A program made the translations under genes and the position numbers. A model generated the notes under the pieces. The model searched no databases. It was not told the DNA's origin and saw nothing but the letters and a program-made list of their open reading frames with translations. Positions 25,809-35,358 of a DNA stretch of 64,000 nt are shown here, one piece after another. The stretch's first letter is position 1, and the number at the start of each line of letters is the position of its first letter. The stretch spans positions 3,924 through 67,923 of the forward strand of contig CALXXL010000011.1 of assembly GCA_944392655.1 (NCBI GenBank). Direction: 5' to 3'. This DNA comes from an uncultured Victivallaceae bacterium (GTDB taxonomy: Bacteria > Verrucomicrobiota > Lentisphaeria > Victivallales > Victivallaceae).

Positions 25809-26807
25809 CTAGAGGAAACGCTGGGAAATAAGTTCAAAACTTCCAGTATCAATATTGCGGTTCTCATCTATATCAAACTTTACTACCAGCTCAAGTGCAC
25901 GCCCACGGTAACGGCTCTCCACCATCGGTCGAACAAGAATAACAAAATAACCCGACTCTTCCAATGAGAAATTTTCCTGTATCCTGCTCCATAATCCAGC
26001 ATCCACCATCCCCAATGTGAACCCGAATGAACGACGGCGCTCGTATATATCTTCAAATGCCTCTTCGATATACTTTCTGCCATTTTCATCCGCTTCTGCA
26101 AGCTGATATATCAACTCCCGCGGTGCAGAAAACAGATTCGGCTTACCCTCTTGAACTTTAGACGACATAAACCAATTCTGCCGACCGAATTCATCCACAG
26201 GAAACAACTCAAACGCCCCAGGCACAACCATCAACTCCTCCGGATATACCGGAACACCGTTACGCGGGAGATTAATCTGGCCGATAGCCAGATATTCCTC
26301 CGTCTCCATCCCGCTGGTCCGGCGACTTTTATCGGAATCAATGTAATCAAGCAAACGTTCTTTCAGCTCCGCCTTGCGCCGCAATACCTCATAATCTTCC
26401 CCTTTCCGTTCCAGCTCCTCCAGCGTAGTCAGGAAATTTCCATCATTTACATTCAATCCGGAAAGATAATCCAATATGCGTACTTCAAAATAATATTCTG
26501 TCTCCGGCAATTGAAAATAATGCGGCTGATTGTCCGCTACAAAGCGTTCGTCCTGATCATAAACAATCTCATCTAACGCAACCCGTTCAGGATGCAACCG
26601 GAAATCGTTTATCAACTGCCATAACGCATGTGCCGAAGCACTTTCCAGTTGTAAAAAACCAATTCCGCTGCGGCTCTGCAACTGGGAACGGCTGAGCAAC
26701 GTTCCCGCCCACAGAGCCATCGCCGCGGTAACCAGCGACAATACCAGAAGAATCATCATTGCAATGATCAGTGCAGCACCCTGCTCGCTATCCCGGCGAA
26801 TTATCAT
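25809..26807 (-). CDS. gspK: T2SS minor pseudopilin GspK-like
   Basis: N-terminus EQGAALIIAMMILLVLSLVTAAMA matches the GspK pattern (QRGVALI..L, no E+5). Last gene of the pseudopilin run. Confidence 0.6.
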   Translation of the reverse strand: MIIRRDSEQGAALIIAMMILLVLSLVTAAMALWAGTLLSRSQLQSRSGIGFLQLESASAHALWQLINDFRLHPERVALDEIVYDQDERFVADNQPHYFQLPETEYYFEVRILDYLSGLNVNDGNFLTTLEELERKGEDYEVLRRKAELKERLLDYIDSDKSRRTSGMETEEYLAIGQINLPRNGVPVYPEELMVVPGAFELFPVDEFGRQNWFMSSKVQEGKPNLFSAPRELIYQLAEADENGRKYIEEAFEDIYERRRSFGFTLGMVDAGLWSRIQENFSLEESGYFVILVRPMVESRYRGRALELVVKFDIDENRNIDTGSFELISQRFL

Positions 26808-26810
26808 ATA

Positions 26811-27479
26811 TTACGGTTCCTTTTTCTGTATTGACGCACGCATGAACTCCTGTGCTCCGTTTATACGACGCAGGAAAATATCCTCTTCGCCATTTTGCCA
26901 GACAATCTTCATCAAAATCGCCGCCGGCAATACGTTTTCATACGATGACGGTTCCCATTCATCATACCATTCGATCCCGTCATTCTCAAAAACTCCGTAT
27001 TGCAGAGCAAGGCTTTCCACTCCGGTAGCCAGGATCTCCTCACGGATTGCCCTGGCCTCAGCCAGCAACAGTTCATCTTCAAGTTGCTCCGGGAAAAATA
27101 CTCCAGTGGAGGTACAGATTAACAGTTCGCCTCTTTCAGACAATTTTAAAAGAAAATAATTCAATCCAGGTGAATAAACCGATGATGAACGCCCGCGTGA
27201 ACAGGCAAAAAGTGATTCATTGGTACCCTCAAACACATAATCAGCCAAATTGTCGTTGGCTGGATCATCCCAGGTCATATCGGTTATATTACGCAGATAA
27301 TTATCAGCAAAATAACTCAATTTCAGCCGCTGCCGCATCCACTCTGTATTGCGCCCCATATTGCGCCATGAGATAACTACGGTTCGGAAACTCAGCGATA
27401 CTACGGCAAATACAATAACCATTATGGATATCGCTAACAGCAATTCAAGCAAGGTAAAATATTTACGGGATATTCTCAT
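26811..27479 (-). CDS. gspJ: T2SS minor pseudopilin GspJ-like
   Basis: Prepilin-type N-terminus RKYFTLLELLLAISIMVIVFAV. Size (222 aa) and position fit GspJ. Confidence 0.55.
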   Translation of the reverse strand: MRISRKYFTLLELLLAISIMVIVFAVVSLSFRTVVISWRNMGRNTEWMRQRLKLSYFADNYLRNITDMTWDDPANDNLADYVFEGTNESLFACSRGRSSSVYSPGLNYFLLKLSERGELLICTSTGVFFPEQLEDELLLAEARAIREEILATGVESLALQYGVFENDGIEWYDEWEPSSYENVLPAAILMKIVWQNGEEDIFLRRINGAQEFMRASIQKKEP

Positions 27480-27482
27480 AAC

Positions 27483-27866
27483 TCAGCGCCGTTGCATAAT
27501 CCGTTCAATCGCCACCGTTTTACAAACTTTACTCGAATCATCCAGCAACGACACCCGCATCATAACCAGTTCATATTGTCCAAGTTCAGAATCAATATCA
27601 TCAGGCAATGAATCTACGTCATCATACTCTACTTCCACCGAATATCCGGGCAATGTCAACAGCTCTTCCGGCAGGGACTCCGCCTCAGAGTCCAGCATAA
27701 AATATTCTGCCGCATTAATCAACTGCATATTTTCGGCATAATCGCGCACCGCGTTCGCACTGCGCATCCGCGCCATGGCGGCAGCTGATAATGCTCCGCC
27801 CAGTCCAACAGCAAATACCGCCATCGCCAGAATAACCTCAAGCAACGTAAATCTACTGCGTTTCAT
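27483..27866 (-). CDS. gspI: T2SS minor pseudopilin GspI-like
   Basis: Start moved to the ATG at 27866 (MKRSRFTLLEVILAMAVFAVGLGG). ~127 aa. Confidence 0.55.
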   Translation of the reverse strand: MKRSRFTLLEVILAMAVFAVGLGGALSAAAMARMRSANAVRDYAENMQLINAAEYFMLDSEAESLPEELLTLPGYSVEVEYDDVDSLPDDIDSELGQYELVMMRVSLLDDSSKVCKTVAIERIMQRR

Positions 27867-28503
27867 AAACTGAAACTCCCTCTTTAAACGGCGTATCTGA
27901 AACCAGCAGCGTTCCGTCAATCCGCGAAACCCGACCGTACTTTATCTGCTTATCCCGAGTCATTTGCCAATCAGCTCCACCCCCGGTGCCATCCGGATAG
28001 AATTCTGCAACCCACAAAGGAGTATCCAAGTCTTCCGCTTCTTCCATTATCACACTGCTGCTGTCAAATAATTTCTCCGGATCCAACTCATCAGCAAACA
28101 GTTCAAATTTTACTCCCTTGGGGAAGATAAACTTCCTCTTCCGGATCTCCTTCGGCAGGGCATCAGGAGAAAATTCGGGGGTGTCAGAATCGAATCTATA
28201 ACGCTCAACAACAGGCAATGCCCCATAATCCGGCTCGTCCAATTCAGGAATGGTGTCTATCGCTAAACTGTTCTCTTCCGGATAGTAGTTTATGACAAAG
28301 GTACGGTTATAAGTTACCGCCAGTTCGCGGGCAAGATTGTACAATGACTCAACCCGCCCGGAGGATTCACTCATTATTGCAAATACCGGCAGCTTGGTCA
28401 GCGCTCCGATCACCAGTGATCCGCTTATAACCATGATAAACAGCACCACCAGCAACTCAAGCAAAGTAAAATCACGACGGCGGCCGCTCATTACCACTCC
28501 CAT
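27853..28503 (-). CDS. gspH: T2SS minor pseudopilin GspH-like
   Basis: RRRDFTLLELLVVLFIMVISG N-terminus. Sits directly downstream of gspG. Confidence 0.55.
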   Translation of the reverse strand: MGVVMSGRRRDFTLLELLVVLFIMVISGSLVIGALTKLPVFAIMSESSGRVESLYNLARELAVTYNRTFVINYYPEENSLAIDTIPELDEPDYGALPVVERYRFDSDTPEFSPDALPKEIRKRKFIFPKGVKFELFADELDPEKLFDSSSVIMEEAEDLDTPLWVAEFYPDGTGGGADWQMTRDKQIKYGRVSRIDGTLLVSDTPFKEGVSVYETQ

Positions 28504-28525
28504 CCGTCACTCAACAGAGAATTTC

Positions 28526-28942
28526 CTACTCTTCCATATCGCTGCTGTAAAGATCAGCAGCATCACCTGTACCACCGGACTTACCGTCTGCCCCCCATGA
28601 CACAATATCAAAATCTCCCGCTTTGCCGGGAACAGATAAAACATAGTCGTTATCCCAGGGGTCTTTGGGCAGTTTACCATTCAGATACGGCCCATTCCAA
28701 CGGGTTTCATTATCTATATTGCTGACCAGAGCCTCCAATGAAGACGGATAATGCCCAACCTCCAGATAATAGTGTTCCACCGCATCCGCCAGCAATTTAC
28801 TTTCGCTCTTCGCACTCTGGACTTTGGCTTTCTTCATATAATTGAGATATGCCGGCGTCACCGCACCGGCAAGAATTACCAGCAACATTAGAACAATCAT
28901 CACTTCCAGCAGAGTAAATCTCTTCATGCCAACTCTATTCAT
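28526..28942 (-). CDS. gspG: T2SS major pseudopilin GspG
   Basis: AGGAGG then 6 nt to the ATG at 28942 (MNRVGMKRFTLLEVMIVL). LPKDPWDNDY and FDIVSWGADGKSGGTGDAADL match the GspG core and calcium-loop motifs. Confidence 0.85.
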   Translation of the reverse strand: MNRVGMKRFTLLEVMIVLMLLVILAGAVTPAYLNYMKKAKVQSAKSESKLLADAVEHYYLEVGHYPSSLEALVSNIDNETRWNGPYLNGKLPKDPWDNDYVLSVPGKAGDFDIVSWGADGKSGGTGDAADLYSSDMEE

Positions 28943-28955
28943 AAACAACCTCCTG

Positions 28956-30158
28956 TTAAAATTCGTTCATCTCCAAAATCGTAAGAAATACAGTAAGCAC
29001 CACCACCAGTATCACCAATGCCAGCAATACCAGCACCACCGGTTCAAACAATGCCAGCAAACGCTTAATCTGTACCTTGAGACGTTCTTCCTGAGCCATG
29101 GCAACCCGGCCAAGCATTTCACCTACTTCTCCGGATTCTTCGCCTACTTCAATAAGCTGCACCGTCTCATTATCCACAAACTGACTCTTCTTCATTCCCG
29201 CGGAGAGTTTACCCCCTCCACGCAGATCCGCCGGCAGTTGTGCAAAAGAGTTGCTTATCACCTCGTTAGTAATTGTACCAACGGCAATACGAATACTGGT
29301 AAGCAGCTGCACCTGACTCTGAAACAATATTGCCAACGTCCTGAAAAAACGGCTCATCTGCGATTTGATTATCAATTCACCCACCAATGGCAGACGCAAA
29401 ATAAATCCCTGTATTTTCAACCGCTTTTCCGGATCGGCATACGCCCGGCGCAGATACCATATCCCTCCGCCAATCGAAATGAACCACAACCACCAGTAGT
29501 CAATTATAACCCCGCTGATCCCAAGAAGGAATTTGGTTGCCCCTGGCAGTTCACGCCCCATATCAGTAAAAATATCCGCAAAAAACGGCAGAAAGAAGAC
29601 AAATATCGCCAGTATCACCAATACCGTGACACTCAGCAATACTCCGGGATAAATACTGCTGGTGACTAGGAAATCACGCAGATCCCGACCATCTTTCAAA
29701 AATTTATAGACCTCCTCAAGCACATTGGTCAACTCTCCGGACTCTTCACCTACTTCCGCCATACTTGAATAGATCACCGGAAAAAGTTTTTTCTCCTTCT
29801 TCAACAGCTGAGAAAAACGCTTCCCCTCATGCAAACCCCGCCTTAAATTCTCTACTACTTTCCGCTCTTCCGGATTTGATGAGCCGTCGTAAATAATCTG
29901 CAGAGCCCGGGGCAGTTGAACATGCGACTGCAATAACGGAACCAGTTTACCGGTAAATTCGCAAACATCAAATTTCTTCCGGCGGAATCCGCCTTCACGA
30001 AATACATTCCAGGCCGATTCATTTACATATATGCGTTTAAGAACAGTATAATGCCGGGTGCGAAGTTTCAACAACGCATCATCTTCGCTGTCGGCATCAA
30101 TATCCTGCACCCAGACTTTACCGGCAGAATCCGCTACTTTGTATTTAAACTGTCCCAT
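28956..30158 (-). CDS. gspF: T2SS inner-membrane platform protein GspF
   Basis: 400 aa with a duplicated GspF/PilC architecture: two soluble domains, three TM helices, motifs LPRALQIIY and EESGELTNVLEEV / EESGEVGEML. Confidence 0.9.
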   Translation of the reverse strand: MGQFKYKVADSAGKVWVQDIDADSEDDALLKLRTRHYTVLKRIYVNESAWNVFREGGFRRKKFDVCEFTGKLVPLLQSHVQLPRALQIIYDGSSNPEERKVVENLRRGLHEGKRFSQLLKKEKKLFPVIYSSMAEVGEESGELTNVLEEVYKFLKDGRDLRDFLVTSSIYPGVLLSVTVLVILAIFVFFLPFFADIFTDMGRELPGATKFLLGISGVIIDYWWLWFISIGGGIWYLRRAYADPEKRLKIQGFILRLPLVGELIIKSQMSRFFRTLAILFQSQVQLLTSIRIAVGTITNEVISNSFAQLPADLRGGGKLSAGMKKSQFVDNETVQLIEVGEESGEVGEMLGRVAMAQEERLKVQIKRLLALFEPVVLVLLALVILVVVLTVFLTILEMNEF

Positions 30159-30193
30159 AAATCAACCGCACACCAGTCCCAAGTCGCCGCGAA

Positions 30194-31777
30194 CTACATC
30201 TCCATCGCCACCCGGCGAACCTCATCCTCCGCCGTAATGCCAAGCTTCACTTTCTCCAATCCATCTTCCAACAGCGTTTTCATTCCGTTGGCAATCGCCA
30301 AACGCTCCAATTCACTGCTGCTGGCAGAACGATTGATCGCACTGCGAATGTCATCATTTACCCGCAATAGCTCAAATATCCCCGTCCGGCCGCTGTATCC
30401 CCAGCCGCCGCAACTGCCGCAGATATTGTCATTTATCCTGCCGGTTCCGCCGCATTGCGCACACTTGCGCCGAACCAGCCGCTGCGACAATACCCCGTAA
30501 AGCACCGACGACAAAAGAAAACTTTCAACCCCCATATCCAGCAAACGCCCTATCGCCCCCACTGCATCGTTGGTATGCAACGTACTCAGCACCAGATGCC
30601 CGGTAAGAGCTGCGTTTATGGCTATATCCGCGGTTTCGCCGTCACGAATTTCTCCGACCAGCACAATGTCCGGGTCCTGACGGACTATATGACGCAAACC
30701 ATTGGCAAAAGTAAGACCGATCTTGGGATTAACCTGTATCTGGGTCAAGTGCGGCAAACGGTACTCAACCGGGTCTTCAATCGTTATGATTTTACGGGAT
30801 GAGTCTGTAAGTTTGGAAATCACTGAATAAAGCGTAGTCGTCTTACCGCTGCCAGTAGGCCCGACCACAAGTATCATTCCATATGGCACATGAATAAGAC
30901 GGTCAAAGTCGTTCTCCATCTCCGGCAGCATTCCGATATTCTTAAGTTCAAAAGAAACCGATCCCTTGTTCAACAGGCGCAGCACCACACTCTCGCCTGT
31001 CAATGTAGGCATGGTGCTGATACGAATATCAATATTGTTTCTGGCTACCTGAATATTGGTTCGTCCATCCTGCGGCAAACGGCTCTCGGCAATATTTAAG
31101 TTCCCCAGCAGTTTGATTCGCGATACAACTGCAGCATGACTGGAAAGAGGCAGCGACATATAATCGCGCAATATCCCGTCAACCCTGAAACGTATCACTG
31201 TCTGATCACCTACCGGCTCAATGTGGATATCGCTGGCCCGCTGTTCCAGGGCAGCCATGAATATATCATTGACCAGTCTGACTGTTCTGGCTTCACCTGC
31301 CATACTGCGGAGAATTTCTTCCATCTCCCGGTCATCCGATTTGTTTTCAGCAGGTTCTTCATCCTCGTTCCCTGACTTGGCATTACGGATGGAATCCAGC
31401 AGATTGTGGCGCACCAGATAACACTCCGGCATTACATTGAACAATTTGCGCATCATATAAATATGACGGTCAAGATTATAAGGTTCAACGGCAAGCAATA
31501 CCACCCCGGCATTACGCCGTCCGGCAATAATGTTCCATGTAACAGAATACTCCTCCGGAATCTCTCCGGTAATCTTGAGATGTTTGAATTCGCTCTCTTC
31601 TGCTATCGGCACTCCGGAAGCCAAAGAGTAAGCCTGCAAGAGCTCACCTTCGGAAAACACACCGTTATTACACAGCTCCCAATCTGTTTTGGCCCGATCC
31701 TGACCGGAAATTTTTTCCGGATAATCAGGATATATGGCGCTTAACAGCTCACTCAGCCTTTTTTCATTCACCGGCAT
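30194..31777 (-). CDS. gspE: T2SS ATPase GspE
   Basis: Start moved to the ATG at 31777 (MPVNEKRL). Walker A GPTGSGKTTT, Asp/His boxes, tetracysteine CAQCGG..CGSCGG. Confidence 0.9.
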   Translation of the reverse strand: MPVNEKRLSELLSAIYPDYPEKISGQDRAKTDWELCNNGVFSEGELLQAYSLASGVPIAEESEFKHLKITGEIPEEYSVTWNIIAGRRNAGVVLLAVEPYNLDRHIYMMRKLFNVMPECYLVRHNLLDSIRNAKSGNEDEEPAENKSDDREMEEILRSMAGEARTVRLVNDIFMAALEQRASDIHIEPVGDQTVIRFRVDGILRDYMSLPLSSHAAVVSRIKLLGNLNIAESRLPQDGRTNIQVARNNIDIRISTMPTLTGESVVLRLLNKGSVSFELKNIGMLPEMENDFDRLIHVPYGMILVVGPTGSGKTTTLYSVISKLTDSSRKIITIEDPVEYRLPHLTQIQVNPKIGLTFANGLRHIVRQDPDIVLVGEIRDGETADIAINAALTGHLVLSTLHTNDAVGAIGRLLDMGVESFLLSSVLYGVLSQRLVRRKCAQCGGTGRINDNICGSCGGWGYSGRTGIFELLRVNDDIRSAINRSASSSELERLAIANGMKTLLEDGLEKVKLGITAEDEVRRVAMEM

Positions 31778-34241
31778 CGACGGCCTCCGCTGAATTACCG
31801 TCATTCTGCTCATTGGACTGCTCACCCGCAGCTTCAGGAACCCCCTCATTTGCCGTTGCATCACTGTCTGATGCAGCAGGAACAGAGACAACTTCACCTG
31901 CGGCGGACTCATCCTTAGGTATAAAGCCCCTGTCAATGAACATGCGCAGGTCATCTTCCGGTCTGCGACTGCTTTCCGGAGAGCTCATGACTTCACGCGG
32001 AATCATACCACGCTCAATCGCCTCTTCCCGCCGGCGGTTATAAGGCGCATAAATATTATTTTCAAATACATTGATCTCACGCAGAGAATCGGAATAACGC
32101 CGAACCATCTCTTCCAGACGGGTACTGTGATCTACCACGGTCGCGGTTATCAGCATCAATATCTCCGTACGTTCCGCTGAACGGGTTGAATCGCCCACCA
32201 GCCAGTTCAGCATCGGAACATCGGCAATCCATGGAATACTTGAAAGCGACTCTTCATCACGTTCCCGGATCAGACCGCCAACTACAATTGTCCGGCCATT
32301 GTGAATAGCAAGATTTGACTGGATTATGTCCTTCTTGATAATTGGTGTATCAAATCCGCTGGTTATGTTAGCAAGCGATTCCGAAATCTCCTGCCGTATA
32401 TCCAGAGAAACCAACCCGCTTTCACTCACGGTAGGAGTAACCTCCAAAATAATACCGGTATCTTTGTATTCGTATGAACGACGCATAGTAGTACCATCAG
32501 AATTAGTACTGTCAATATTGGCAATATCCGCAACCAACAACGGGACTTCACGTCCGACATTAATCTGAGCTTTCCACTGACTCCGCACTAAAACCTGCGG
32601 ACTGGATATGACTTTAAGTTTTGATTTACCAGCCAATGCCTTAATATATAAAAATTTACTGTCCGGATTATCAGGATCAACTATATTGATTTTTCCACCG
32701 AATTGTTCTTTCCCGCCTGATTCCAAATTCAAGTAGTCAGTACCGAACCCCATCTTTTCTCCACCAATCGTAGTTTGAGCATTCCACTCCATGCCAAAGT
32801 CAGTTTCATCTGTAAGTTCGATTTCTACAACCATAATCTGCAACAATACCTGCGGCGGAATAGTATCCAGTTTTTCAAGCACCGCACGCAGAATACTGTA
32901 TACCCGCGGCGAAGCCATTATCACCAGTCGGTTATATTCCAGGTTGGCGGCAATCCTGACCGGAAAGTCAAACAGCGTTTCACTGGTCTGCATAGCTTTA
33001 CCAGCTTCAGTTATCGAAACCCCGTTTACCTGACGGGTCGATTCACTCTTGGCTGGAATAACCACCCCTACCATATTCGGAAACAACACCGACAACTCCG
33101 TCACCAACTGAGCCGCATCACTATTTACCACTTTGTATATATATGCATTGGTCTGCTCATTATTCTCATTGGAATTGAGTACATCCACCCATTTGCGCAA
33201 CTCCGTAAGCGGTTCAACCGCACTGGCCGAAGCCACCAGCACCTGTAAACGATCCAAACTGACCAGATGAATCGCCCCGGGTTTACTGTCAACCTGCTCA
33301 CCTTCAAATATCTGGAATCCCAATACCGGCATAACCTGCTTCAGCTCTTCTTTCACCTTTGAAGCTGATACATCATTACACTGGAATACCACCCGGTACC
33401 AACCCTGTTTGTAACTGCGATCCAGCTCCGCAATAATTTCCAGAAGACGATTGACATTGTTCGGAGTATCTATCAGCAATAATGAGTTACTCTGCGGCAA
33501 ATCGTAAGCTGTAGCCTCTCCGGAAAGAAACGGTTTTATCTGCGGCAGCACACTGGTCGAAGTAACATATTTCATCCTTACGCTCTTCAACATCACATTG
33601 CCATCACCTGCAAGAATCTGCTGTGAACGCCCTACCGCATTCAACGGACGGATAGATAAAATACCATCACGGTATTCACCATAGGCATTGCACATCCACA
33701 GCAAACGCAGGAACAGATTCCAGGTTTCAGTCAACGAAAGTTCAGCGTGGAGCGACATGCTTACTGCCCCCTGGACTCCGCTTTCTATCGTATAACTGAA
33801 GTTCATGTATCCTGCGAACTGCGCAATAATTGTATTGATGTTGATATTGTCGCCATTCAAGTCTAGCTTTATCCGCTCTTCCGGATCACGGCCCGGGAAA
33901 ACACGCTCAAACAACAGTGAATCATTCGCATCTACTTTCTCCAGTGTCTCTTTACTGGGCAGCAGTTCATCATCACGCAGTTTTATCCGGTTCTCTTTCT
34001 TTATCCCGGTAACAACTTCACGCTCAATATCATCTATTGCATTGCTGCTTTTTACAGACGGAGCGGCAGGAAACTGCTTGGTGTCACTGATCATGCCGTA
34101 AGGAGTCGGTTTCAGCGTATCGTCGTGACTCATTTTTCTGTCGGACTCGCTGTTCAACAGTTTGTCTATGCTCTCACACCCCGCGGTCATAACAACCGCC
34201 GCAACCAATATCAATATCTGAAGTAAAAACCGCTTAAACAA
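31764..34241 (-). CDS. gspD: T2SS secretin GspD with lipoprotein signal and acidic C-terminal tail
   Basis: Lipobox VVMTAGC. Secretin C-domain (SSPQVLVRSQWKAQINVGREVPLL, IPWIADVPMLNWLVG, ERTEILMLITATVV). The last ~110 aa are D/E/S-rich. Confidence 0.9.
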   Translation of the reverse strand: MFKRFLLQILILVAAVVMTAGCESIDKLLNSESDRKMSHDDTLKPTPYGMISDTKQFPAAPSVKSSNAIDDIEREVVTGIKKENRIKLRDDELLPSKETLEKVDANDSLLFERVFPGRDPEERIKLDLNGDNININTIIAQFAGYMNFSYTIESGVQGAVSMSLHAELSLTETWNLFLRLLWMCNAYGEYRDGILSIRPLNAVGRSQQILAGDGNVMLKSVRMKYVTSTSVLPQIKPFLSGEATAYDLPQSNSLLLIDTPNNVNRLLEIIAELDRSYKQGWYRVVFQCNDVSASKVKEELKQVMPVLGFQIFEGEQVDSKPGAIHLVSLDRLQVLVASASAVEPLTELRKWVDVLNSNENNEQTNAYIYKVVNSDAAQLVTELSVLFPNMVGVVIPAKSESTRQVNGVSITEAGKAMQTSETLFDFPVRIAANLEYNRLVIMASPRVYSILRAVLEKLDTIPPQVLLQIMVVEIELTDETDFGMEWNAQTTIGGEKMGFGTDYLNLESGGKEQFGGKINIVDPDNPDSKFLYIKALAGKSKLKVISSPQVLVRSQWKAQINVGREVPLLVADIANIDSTNSDGTTMRRSYEYKDTGIILEVTPTVSESGLVSLDIRQEISESLANITSGFDTPIIKKDIIQSNLAIHNGRTIVVGGLIRERDEESLSSIPWIADVPMLNWLVGDSTRSAERTEILMLITATVVDHSTRLEEMVRRYSDSLREINVFENNIYAPYNRRREEAIERGMIPREVMSSPESSRRPEDDLRMFIDRGFIPKDESAAGEVVSVPAASDSDATANEGVPEAAGEQSNEQNDGNSAEAVDAGE

Positions 34242-34256
34242 TTATCCATCCTCCGG

Positions 34257-34796
34257 TTACTGTTTTTTCTCCACTGGAGTAAATTTCAACTGATCCTTCC
34301 CGACTGTACGGGACAGATGCATTTCAAATAAACCATCCGGCTTGCGGACGATTACCGATGTATCTTTTATCTCCACAAGAGTCACTTTATCCATTAAAGC
34401 GCCTCCAACCCGCAAAACACTGCCTTGGGTAAGTGCCGGATCCGCACCGGAAGGAATAAATACGGCACTGCCTCCGGAATTATCCTTGAATATAGCCGTC
34501 AATACGAAAGGCGGTCCCTCCTTCGCCCATGCTTCACTGCCACCCGCCTCAGCCTTGCCACGCTGAGGCGAAAATACTGTACGTTCAACTATTAAGTCAC
34601 TCCATGAACGCATCTGCTCCAGATTAGTCACCGTCCCGGAAACTTCCGGCACGCTTAATGCCAATGTTGTTTCACGCGGTTTACCGAAATCATAAAACAT
34701 CAGCAGCAATATCAGAAACAGCAGAACCGCAAGCACAATAAATTGAACTATTATCAATAATCTACGCATCATCACCCCAATAATTGCGTAATGCAC
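34257..34796 (-). CDS. bitopic periplasmic protein, GspC/PilP-like (no PDZ)
   Basis: One TM helix (LLIIVQFIVLAVLLFLILLLMF) plus a ~130-aa periplasmic domain. Sits directly upstream of the secretin. GTG start; ATGs at 34772 and 34769 are also possible. Confidence 0.35.
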   Translation of the reverse strand: MHYAIIGVMMRRLLIIVQFIVLAVLLFLILLLMFYDFGKPRETTLALSVPEVSGTVTNLEQMRSWSDLIVERTVFSPQRGKAEAGGSEAWAKEGPPFVLTAIFKDNSGGSAVFIPSGADPALTQGSVLRVGGALMDKVTLVEIKDTSVIVRKPDGLFEMHLSRTVGKDQLKFTPVEKKQ

Positions 34797-35358
34797 CGTT
34801 ACCGGTTACTACTACCACCTTCAATTTTCCCACCAAAGTAACATTGCCGCCGGACGGTTTCAAAGTAAGATTGTCCCAGAAAAATCTCGGCTGCGACAGT
34901 GACAACGCAATAATAAACTGACATACGTTACGCAATGGCGCCGCATCGGCATTTATATCCAGCTCATATCCAAGCACGCCGTTGGCAATCTGCACATCTT
35001 TCAGATTACCGGAGGTTCGCAGATTCACACCGCACTCAGCCGCAGTTGACTCCAATTTCTGCATAATTACCAGACGGGAGTCTTCTCCTTTGGTAAATAT
35101 CCAAACCTCATTCCTCTGCACCGAATTGTGCTGTAATGTCTTTAATTGCGCCTCTTCACGCTGCAATTGAGTACGCAATTCTTCATATTCCTGTGCGCGA
35201 AGACTGTAATTACGCAAGTCGGGAACCAGCTCGCGCCAGTTCGTATTCAACATCAGCACCACCAATGCCAATACCCCGAGAGCACCTACAACAATCAGCT
35301 TATTGCGGTTATCCGGATTCCGCAACTCTTTTCTCAATCTAACCCAAAGCAGTCTCAT
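34762..35358 (-). CDS. bitopic protein with coiled coil, GspM/PilO-like
   Basis: TM helix LIVVGALGVLALVVLML followed by a coiled coil (RAQEYEELRTQLQREEAQLKTLQ) and an alpha/beta domain. Confidence 0.4.
   Translation of the reverse strand: MRLLWVRLRKELRNPDNRNKLIVVGALGVLALVVLMLNTNWRELVPDLRNYSLRAQEYEELRTQLQREEAQLKTLQHNSVQRNEVWIFTKGEDSRLVIMQKLESTAAECGVNLRTSGNLKDVQIANGVLGYELDINADAAPLRNVCQFIIALSLSQPRFFWDNLTLKPSGGNVTLVGKLKVVVVTGNGALRNYWGDDA

Noticed and set aside
28842-29669. 275-aa + strand ORF antisense to gspG/gspF. Similar cases: 39103-39798, 43207-43713, 48125-48697, 51663-52322, 59943-60482.
   Set aside because: All overlap strongly supported genes on the opposite strand. They have Q/H/R/N/T-rich compositions typical of antisense frames, with no RBS or family signal.
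31778-31954. 59-codon N-terminal extension of the GspE ORF. Similar 5' extensions occur at ligA (36740), gltD (43947), glnN (48783), the 21071 ORF and the 15176 ORF.
   Set aside because: The extensions overlap upstream genes or lack an RBS. Internal ATGs give canonical N-termini with proper SD spacing, so the starts were moved.
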